In this document: one piece after another, positions 57,224-64,000 of the stretch
Layout of the letters: the number at the start of each line of letters is the position of its first letter
How positions within the stretch are numbered: position 1 is the first letter of the stretch
Assembly (NCBI GenBank): GCA_963754925.1
Contig: CAVWHX010000003.1
Location: 288,001 to 352,000, forward strand
Length of the DNA: 64,000 nucleotides
DNA from: an uncultured delta proteobacterium
Lineage (GTDB): Bacteria > Myxococcota > B64-G9
Reading direction: 5' to 3'
Notes under the pieces: generated by a model
Told to the model about the DNA's origin: nothing
What the model saw: only the letters and a program-made list of their open reading frames with translations
Databases searched by the model: none
Translations under genes and position numbers: made by a program

Positions 57224-57572
57224 TTGAGCCAATGCAATAGCTGTGGGGCAAAAAATCGGGATGAACGCAGATTTTGTAATCAGTGCGGCAGCATCCTAGG
57301 GTGGGTTTGCGAGCGCTGCTCTTTCTTTAACTTTTAGTGACGAGATCTTTTGCGGAGGATGCGGGTTGCCCGCAAAGCCATTGGCCGAAACGAATGCCCG
57401 TGCTCAAGCAAAAGCCTCTGTCTCGCCGGCAACCACACGCCCGAGCGATCGCAATGTAATGATCTCGAAGGAAATTAAAAATGCAATGCAGGAAATAAGC
57501 GCGAAAAAGGACGTCGAGGATGGCTTAAAGGCTGTATCGCAAAGCGAAATCGATCAGCTTTTCAAGAAATAG
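57224..57572 (+). pseudogene. Double-zinc-ribbon protein with a +1 frameshift at about 57332-57335 (possibly a sequencing error)
   Basis: TTG start after GGAG; CNSCG..N....RFCNQCG...CERC.F.N. Removing one T gives FSDEIFCGGCG, continuous with ORF 57366..57572, which ends VSQSEIDQLFKK. Confidence 0.75.
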
Positions 57573-57589
57573 CTTAAGAAGAGTCTCAC

Positions 57590-59290
57590 GTGCAGACATT
57601 TCGAGCCATAGAGAAAAAAATCGGTCAGATTCTAATCGAGAACCGCCGCCTTACCAATGACCAGCTACAAGGCGCCGTGGATCTTCAAAAAGAAAGCAAG
57701 CGCGATCAACCACTGGGAGAGATTCTCATCGACCTTGGGTATATCCATGAAGAGGACGTCACTTTTGCACTGGGAATTCAGTTCAATTTACCGGTGGTCG
57801 ATATCACAACTATGGAGATAAGCCTCGACGCGGTGAGGCAGGTTTCTGAGGCTCAAGCAAAAAAGTTGGCGGTAATGCCGTTATTTTTAGTCGGTAATGA
57901 GCTCACCGTAGCAATTCATGACCCCACTCGGATCGAGGTTATTGATTATCTCGGTCGCCAGACACGCTATGTGATTCAGGCGGTGTTGACCACCAAGTCA
58001 CAGATTCTGACTGCCCAGACCATCTATTACGCAAAACTCTTAGAAACCCAGAGGAAACCAAAAGACGTCAAATCCAGCGATGCAGACGAAGAAGCACCCG
58101 ACTCGCAGCGATTGGGTGCCGAAGGCAAAGAAATCCCGATTATCAACATCGTCAATCAGATCTTTAACCAGGCTATCGAGGAAGGCGCCAGCGATATACA
58201 CATCGAACCGCAAGAGGAAGGACTCTTAGTCAGATTCCGCGTTGATGGTCGACTGCGGGAAATATCTACCTTTCCCTCGCTCCTGCGGGGCGGGATCACC
58301 AGCCGGCTGAAAATACTGGCTAGCCTCGACATCGCCGAGCGCCAACAACCTCAAGACGGCCGCATCCAGTTAACGGTCGGCGATAAAACGTTCGACTTTA
58401 GAGTATCCACCCTGCCGGCAAGTTTTGGTGAAAAGGTTGTCCTGCGCATACTGGATCGCGCCAGCGTCCTCATCAGTCTTGATTCACTCGGTTTTAGCCC
58501 AACCAATTTGGAGAATCTCAACAAGATCATTTATCGACCCTATGGAATTCTTTTAGTCACCGGCCCAACGGGAAGTGGTAAAAGCACCACCCTGTATTCG
58601 GTTCTCAACACCCTCAGATCGCCCGAGGTCAACATTATCACGGTCGAGGATCCGGTCGAGTATCGGCTGCCGGGCATCAATCAAGTTCAGGTAAACCCCA
58701 AAAAGCAGATGGACTTTGCGTCGGCATTACGTTCGATCTTACGTCAGGATCCCGATATCATCATGATTGGCGAGATTCGCGATCCTGAAACCGGCAAGAT
58801 CGCCACTGAAGCAGCCTTGACAGGACACATGGTTTTCTCTACTCTCCATACCAATGACGCCTGTGGGGCGGTAACCAGGCTGGTGGAAATGGGCATTGAC
58901 CCGTTTTTAGTTGCGCCTTCACTCTTAGGAGTTATTGCCCAACGGTTGGTGCTTCGCATCTGCAGCGAGTGTAAGGAGTTTTATGAACCGCGGCCCAGTG
59001 AATTGGCGCGCCTTGGCCTTGATCAAGCGGACACGTCCGAGATACGTTTTGCAAAAGGTCGCGGCTGTCCGCGCTGCAAACAACGTGGCTTTAGGGGTCG
59101 GGTCGCGCTCCATGAGCTACTGATGATCGATGACACGCTGCGCCAAATGATAAGCGATCGGGCTTCACACAGTGATCTCTTAAGGCATGCCCTGTCACAT
59201 GGATTTCACGATATGCGCATTGATGGCATCCGAAAACTTGCCGCAGGACTGACAACCATCGAGGAAGTATTACGCGAAACAAAGGAATAA
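57590..59290 (+). CDS. PilB/GspE-family secretion/pilus assembly ATPase with an N-terminal MshEN-like domain
   Basis: 'ASDIHIEP', GPTGSGKST, 'EDPVEY', 'LRQDPD.I..GEIRD', 'TGH...STLH', two CxxC; N-terminal 'IGQIL..../LGEIL..G'. Confidence 0.92.
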   Translation: MQTFRAIEKKIGQILIENRRLTNDQLQGAVDLQKESKRDQPLGEILIDLGYIHEEDVTFALGIQFNLPVVDITTMEISLDAVRQVSEAQAKKLAVMPLFLVGNELTVAIHDPTRIEVIDYLGRQTRYVIQAVLTTKSQILTAQTIYYAKLLETQRKPKDVKSSDADEEAPDSQRLGAEGKEIPIINIVNQIFNQAIEEGASDIHIEPQEEGLLVRFRVDGRLREISTFPSLLRGGITSRLKILASLDIAERQQPQDGRIQLTVGDKTFDFRVSTLPASFGEKVVLRILDRASVLISLDSLGFSPTNLENLNKIIYRPYGILLVTGPTGSGKSTTLYSVLNTLRSPEVNIITVEDPVEYRLPGINQVQVNPKKQMDFASALRSILRQDPDIIMIGEIRDPETGKIATEAALTGHMVFSTLHTNDACGAVTRLVEMGIDPFLVAPSLLGVIAQRLVLRICSECKEFYEPRPSELARLGLDQADTSEIRFAKGRGCPRCKQRGFRGRVALHELLMIDDTLRQMISDRASHSDLLRHALSHGFHDMRIDGIRKLAAGLTTIEEVLRETKE

Positions 59291-59298
59291 TACGCCTT

Positions 59299-59673
59299 AT
59301 GGGAACGAAAACGTACCGAGTGTTAATTGTGGATGATTCGAAACCAATGCGTGACTCCCTTAAGGAGATCCTGGTCAAAATTGGTTATGACGTATGCGGT
59401 GAGGCCGGCGATGGCGCTGAAGCAGTGTCAAAATGCCGCAGCCTCAAACCGGACATCGTTACCTTGGACATGATCCTGCCAAAAATGGACGGTCTTCAGG
59501 CGCTGAGAGTCTTGAAGGCGCTCGATCCAAAGCTCATTGTCGTCATGGTCACTTCCCGATCCGATAAAGGCTCAGTGGTGGATTGCGCGAAAGCTGGTGC
59601 GGATCATTATCTGCTCAAGCCTTTTGATGAATCTAAGGTAGCCGAGGTAATGAAAATAATCGCGCCCCTATAA
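59299..59673 (+). CDS. CheY-like single-domain response regulator
   Basis: VDDS, 'LDMILP.MDG', 'VTS', 'KPF'. Confidence 0.9.
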   Translation: MGTKTYRVLIVDDSKPMRDSLKEILVKIGYDVCGEAGDGAEAVSKCRSLKPDIVTLDMILPKMDGLQALRVLKALDPKLIVVMVTSRSDKGSVVDCAKAGADHYLLKPFDESKVAEVMKIIAPL

Positions 59674-59902
59674 GATATCGAGTACAAAATTTTTAAACCA
59701 ATTCATTATAAGATAAATACATCAAGACCCCTACGACATTTTTAACAGAAAATCAATAAGATATAACATTGTTACCAGCTTAGAGATTTCTCTTCCCTAT
59801 GCTCGTGTGAAAGGTATAATAGAGGGCTGTGAAGCACAGCATTAATTTGTCCCGGCTCGGTCACCCGAAAGGAATTTAATTTTTTTCATTAAGGAGTTTT
59901 TC

Positions 59903-61132
59903 ATGATGGGTATCAAGAACTTATCGAAAATATGGTTATTAATTTTTTTGATAGCTTTTCTTGGAGGGTGCAGCAAGGGAAAGGTAAACAAGAATACCTG
60001 CGACGGAGTAACCTGTTCGTCCCACGGGACCTGCGCAGTCGTGAACGGCTTGGCAACATGCAACTGCAATACGTGCTACGTTGCAGATAAATTGGAGTGT
60101 AACCCAGATCCATCGGCATGCTCCGGGCATGGAATGTGCGTTGATAACAGCGGAACACCTACCTGCCAGTGCGATGATGGGTATCATGCAGAAGGGTGGG
60201 TTTTACTCTGTTGCGAAGATGGCTATCACTTGGAAGGGCTATCCTGTATAAAGAACGTCCCGACGTGTCTCGAGGGGTGTAATGTTGATGATGATTGTTT
60301 ATTTGGGAATTCTGGGTACTCGTTCGATGATGGCCATCTATGCGATCCAACGCTTAAACGATGTGTTGAGTGTACTCAGGATGACCAATGTATTGCCTTT
60401 TTGAGTGGTTGGTGGAACCCCTCTGTATGCTCAACAGATGAAGACTGTACTACTTCCCCTCAAAAGTGCATCATGGTTGCTTCAGGAGAAGGAAGATGTG
60501 TCTCTCAAGCGCAAGATTGCTCGAAGCTGGGCTACGGCTTTACGTTAGTCTCGAAAACAGATATTAATGGAACTGATTCAGTCTCTGTATGCGCAATAAC
60601 AAACCCTAAATGTGTATCTGGCAACTGCACTAATAAAGAGTGCGGTTCTAATGCAGATTGTGTCGCAAAATATAATGGTTGGTTATTGGGATGCTCTAAC
60701 AACGCAGATTGTAATTCAACTGCTCTAGCATGCGTATACTTAACCCCAAACGAGACTAATGGATATTGCGCTTTAATACCAGATCCCACTAGCGGTTGCA
60801 TACTCTCAAGTTTAACGCAAAAGGCTCTGCCACTTTTTGAAAATAAAACTACTAACGTAACAGTTTGTATTAATCTTATTGCATTAGCTAATGCAACCTG
60901 TAATAACGGCACTTGTATGAATCCATGCAAAGTGGATAGTGATTGTAGCAATCAGCCTAACCCGCAACCACCATACTGCGACGCGAGCACCGGGAGATGT
61001 ATATGCAAAAATGATACCGACTGTACAACAAATGCAGATAAATGTTTTGCGGGATCGTGCGGCTGTTCATTAGCGAGCATCTGTACAGGAAGTCAATTAA
61101 AAAATATCACGTGGGAATGCATCACCCCGTAA
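59903..61132 (+). CDS. Cys-rich surface lipoprotein with EGF-like and C-x-x-D-x-D-C repeats
   Basis: Lipobox LGGC; 'CSSHGTC' and 'CSGHGMC' EGF-like units; repeats CNVDDDC, CTQDDQC, CSTDEDC, CGSNADC, CSNNADC, CKVDSDC, CKNDTDC. Confidence 0.85.
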   Translation: MMGIKNLSKIWLLIFLIAFLGGCSKGKVNKNTCDGVTCSSHGTCAVVNGLATCNCNTCYVADKLECNPDPSACSGHGMCVDNSGTPTCQCDDGYHAEGWVLLCCEDGYHLEGLSCIKNVPTCLEGCNVDDDCLFGNSGYSFDDGHLCDPTLKRCVECTQDDQCIAFLSGWWNPSVCSTDEDCTTSPQKCIMVASGEGRCVSQAQDCSKLGYGFTLVSKTDINGTDSVSVCAITNPKCVSGNCTNKECGSNADCVAKYNGWLLGCSNNADCNSTALACVYLTPNETNGYCALIPDPTSGCILSSLTQKALPLFENKTTNVTVCINLIALANATCNNGTCMNPCKVDSDCSNQPNPQPPYCDASTGRCICKNDTDCTTNADKCFAGSCGCSLASICTGSQLKNITWECITP

Positions 61133-61192
61133 AAGTAAAAATTGCAACCTAATAATACCAGGCTCGGTTTCCTCGATTATCAACTTTCTGAA

Positions 61193-62326
61193 TTACTCAG
61201 TAGGTGCCGACTCGGGAGTTGCAGGGGCTTCAGCCTCTGGCGGCGGACAGGACGGGCAGGCCGGACACGTCGGACAGGTGCACACCGGCTCGGGTTTTGG
61301 CGGTTCCGGCGGCTTGAAGAACGTATATGAAACCGTCAATAATATGTTGTTTTGAATCTGGAACTTGTCGATGAGCTGCGGCTCGCGGACAGCTTTCAAC
61401 TGGTAATCGACAGAAAACCATTCCAGGAGCTTGAACGAAATGATCGCGCTGAGATCGATGTTCATCAGATTAAACGCCCCGTTTTCTTGACCCGGTCGAG
61501 CCTGGTAGACGATTGGCATAAAGAAGTTGGCGTTTAATTGATACGTCACCCTTTTTTCATAAAGCTCTCCCCAGAATCCCAAACCCAGCTCTCCGCCGGC
61601 CTCACTGTAGGTTTCAAGTTCATTTACTGCGATTTGACTACTGGAAGTGTGATTGACTGCAAACTGGTCGGTTGCGAAAACGTGCAATCCGCCGATGCCT
61701 AAACGAATTTCAAGATTAAGACGCGTGTCGGTAAAGGGCTTAGCAAATGCTCCTATCGTTTCTTTTAATCGAAATGGCAGAAACCCATCGGTCATCCGAA
61801 GGCGGCTAAGGTTTTGATACGTCTTAGTGGTGTTATTCAGCATGGTAACTTGCCAGTCGACGATATCAGGATGGAGATTATACGCATACGACTCAAACAT
61901 GGATGTCTGTAACGAGAGATCGACATAGGGGCCAAGCCATTCAAGAAAGTGTATGAGATAAATCGACTCTTCTTTAAAAACGTCGTTGGCTTTTAGGAAA
62001 GCATCGATTACCGGCGTACGACTATAACTTTCGTTGATATTCAACCCATTTCGCAGCTCGTGAATGCCGGACCGGAAATTTGCTGCGCCCAGGATGTTGA
62101 CTCCCAAGGCATAACTTGAGCCGTCGAGCTGACCAACGGTGTTTTGGCTGTTAGAAAAGCTAAAGCTGAGGCCCGTGGTGAGAAGAAAATCCCAGCCCTC
62201 GGTTTTCTTGACCTCCTTCACCGCGTCCTTGGAAAGCAATCTTTCCTGGGCCCAACCAACCGTCGGAACACAGAACGCCGCGAGAACCAACGACATAGCA
62301 GATTGTATAACCCTTCTCTTGCTCAT
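61193..62326 (-). CDS. Outer-membrane beta-barrel-like protein (DUF3078-like) with a Pro/Cys-rich tail
   Basis: Signal peptide, amphipathic beta strands, 'K.ND', terminal strand 'TVSYTFF', then KPPEPPKPEPVCTCPTCPACPSCPPP. Confidence 0.65.
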   Translation of the reverse strand: MSKRRVIQSAMSLVLAAFCVPTVGWAQERLLSKDAVKEVKKTEGWDFLLTTGLSFSFSNSQNTVGQLDGSSYALGVNILGAANFRSGIHELRNGLNINESYSRTPVIDAFLKANDVFKEESIYLIHFLEWLGPYVDLSLQTSMFESYAYNLHPDIVDWQVTMLNNTTKTYQNLSRLRMTDGFLPFRLKETIGAFAKPFTDTRLNLEIRLGIGGLHVFATDQFAVNHTSSSQIAVNELETYSEAGGELGLGFWGELYEKRVTYQLNANFFMPIVYQARPGQENGAFNLMNIDLSAIISFKLLEWFSVDYQLKAVREPQLIDKFQIQNNILLTVSYTFFKPPEPPKPEPVCTCPTCPACPSCPPPEAEAPATPESAPTE

Positions 62327-62538
62327 GAGCTTTTCCCTCCGTTGTTATAAATCAGTCTTTGTGCTGGCCCCTTGTTAAGAAACTATTTGAATAACGGTAA
62401 ATAGGCGCACCTTTATATCAAAAAGAAACTACCCTTGCAATATTAATCGTAGACACAAACCGCAATCCAGCCGACAACTGACTTGCCTCCCGACGATTGG
62501 GTCAGCTTCATGCCCGTCGGCGAAATAGAGGGACGGAC

Positions 62539-63393
62539 TTAGCCTTCGTAGGTATAAAAACCCCGACCGGTCTTTCGGCCAAGGAAGCCTGCGTCCACGT
62601 ATTGGCGTAGCAGTGGACAGGGACGATATTTACTATCCCCCAGTCCGCGGTGAAGAACTTCCAAGATCGAGAGGCAGGTATCAAGCCCGATCAGGTCGGC
62701 AAGTTGCAGTGGTCCCATGGGCTGATTGGTGCCGAGCTTCATGCCTGCATCGATATCTTCCGTGGTGCCAACATGTTCATACAGCGCGAAGATTGCCTCG
62801 TTGATCATCGGCATCAGGATCCGATTGACGATGAACCCCGGAACGTCGCGGGAGAAGACGCAGGTCTTACCCATGCGTTGGGCAACGTCGAGGGTAATCC
62901 GCTTCGTTGACTCTGAGGTGGCAAGCCCCAAAATGATCTCAACTAGTTTCATGACTGGCACCGGGTTCATAAAGTGCATCCCGATAACCTTATCCGGCCG
63001 CCGCGTAGCCGCTGCAATGCGTGTTATCGGAATCGACGAAGTGTTGGTAGCCAGGATTGTTTCCTGAGAAAGCATGCGGTCCAATGAGCGGAAGAGATCG
63101 AGCTTCAATGATTCTCGCTCGGTAGCGGCCTCGATAATTAATTTTACCGCTGAGAGATCCTCAAGACGCAGCGCCGGGTGAATTCGCTTCATCACGGTCG
63201 CTACTGATTCGGCGGTTATTTTTCCCTTAGACACCGATCTATCGAATCCTGCCTGAATACGGCCGATTCCCTTCGTAATCAGATCTTCGCTTATATCATT
63301 TACCCAAACGTCAATTCCGGCCGAAGCAGCCACCTGGGCGATGCCTTGACCCATTTGCCCTGCACCGATGACACCAATCTCATTGATCTCCAT
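62539..63393 (-). CDS. hbd: 3-hydroxybutyryl-CoA dehydrogenase
   Basis: GAGQMG, 'NTSS', 'GMHFMNP', 'GF.VNR', 'PMGPL.L.D..GLD', 'GRKTGRGFY'. Confidence 0.93.
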   Translation of the reverse strand: MEINEIGVIGAGQMGQGIAQVAASAGIDVWVNDISEDLITKGIGRIQAGFDRSVSKGKITAESVATVMKRIHPALRLEDLSAVKLIIEAATERESLKLDLFRSLDRMLSQETILATNTSSIPITRIAAATRRPDKVIGMHFMNPVPVMKLVEIILGLATSESTKRITLDVAQRMGKTCVFSRDVPGFIVNRILMPMINEAIFALYEHVGTTEDIDAGMKLGTNQPMGPLQLADLIGLDTCLSILEVLHRGLGDSKYRPCPLLRQYVDAGFLGRKTGRGFYTYEG

Positions 63394-63482
63394 GAATTTT
63401 CCCTCCACCATCTCTTTGGTCATTCTCTGTTCCTGGGTCAAGGGCAGTTCCACGAGAGCGCTCCTTGTTCGGAAAATCCCGT

Positions 63483-64000
63483 TCAAACGTTTTCAACTAT
63501 CATGGTCACGGCTTCGGCGCCCCCCAGGCAGAGCGATGCCTGGCCGAGGCTCGCGTTTCTGCGTTTCATCTCATGGATCAATGTCGTCAGCACTCTCGCT
63601 CCGGATGCGCCGATGGGATGGCCGAGGGCAATGGCTCCACCGTTGACATTGACCTTGTCGCTATCGAGGTTCAGCACTCGCATAACGCCCACGGAAGAGC
63701 CCGCAAACGCCTCGTTTACCTCATGCAAATCGATTTTCTTAATATCAATACCGGCCTTGCCGGCAACCTTGGGAATGGAATTGATCGGGGCCATAAGCAC
63801 GTATTTGAGCTCGATTCCGGCCGAACCCGACGCCACTATTTTCACCAGCGGTTTGATCCCTCGGTCGCGCGCTGCAGTATAACTCATCACCACCGTTGCC
63901 GACGCCCCGTCGCTTATGACCGACGAATTTGCGGCCGTCGCATACCCTTCTTTTTGAAACGCCGGTTTCAATTTTGAAAGAACTTCGAGTGACGTGCTTC
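63483..64000 (-). CDS. Acetyl-CoA acetyltransferase (thiolase), C-terminal part
   Basis: 'NEAFA', 'NGGAIALGHPIGASG', 'SLCLGG'; runs off the window edge. Confidence 0.93.
   Translation of the reverse strand, partial: STSLEVLSKLKPAFQKEGYATAANSSVISDGASATVVMSYTAARDRGIKPLVKIVASGSAGIELKYVLMAPINSIPKVAGKAGIDIKKIDLHEVNEAFAGSSVGVMRVLNLDSDKVNVNGGAIALGHPIGASGARVLTTLIHEMKRRNASLGQASLCLGGAEAVTMIVENV

Noticed and set aside
62470..62525. Hairpin (GCCGAC...CTGAC...GTCAG...GTCGGC) as a riboswitch upstream of the beta-barrel gene
   Set aside because: No recognisable riboswitch consensus; it may simply be a terminator-like stem after hbd.
1..64000. CRISPR arrays, tRNA/rRNA genes and the many long antisense or overlapping ORFs in the track
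   Set aside because: I saw no regularly spaced repeat-spacer array or RNA-gene signature. The shadow ORFs lie opposite well-supported genes in GC-rich DNA and lack motifs.

Overview
This is a bacterial chromosomal window of moderately high GC. Its gene content suggests an anaerobic or facultative deltaproteobacteria-like organism (inference only). 1-12 kb: a minus-strand group-4 membrane-bound [NiFe]-hydrogenase operon. Its input module is unusual: a formate-dehydrogenase-like subunit lacking the catalytic residues, plus AsrA/AsrB-like Fe-S and FAD/NAD(P) subunits. 12-16 kb: two related membrane histidine kinases and a receiver protein. 16-24 kb: a kdp operon with tandemly duplicated kdpA, each copy with its own KdpE-type box, then kdpB, a long kdpC and two unannotated membrane peptides including a terminal kdpF. 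24-30 kb: assorted enzymes. 29.8-33.6 kb: an islet bounded by 116-bp direct repeats. It carries a truncated Fic/Doc protein, a complete IS3-family element and a Kv-like channel with a non-canonical filter. 33.6-48.4 kb: MFS transporter, propionyl-CoA synthetase, CdaA-YbbR diadenylate cyclase fusion, bacterioferritin and a corrinoid methyltransferase trio. 48.8-52.2 kb: gcvH-gcvPA-gcvPB. 53-54.5 kb: a radical SAM/SPASM enzyme with a small Cys-rich lipoprotein-like partner carrying two LYG motifs (candidate splicease system). 54.7-64 kb: murI with Ser in place of a catalytic Cys, a zinc-ribbon/PilB-GspE/CheY module, a Cys-rich lipoprotein, a beta-barrel, hbd and a partial thiolase. Three genes have single-base frameshifts that may be sequencing errors. 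All family assignments come from motif recognition by eye; no searches were run.
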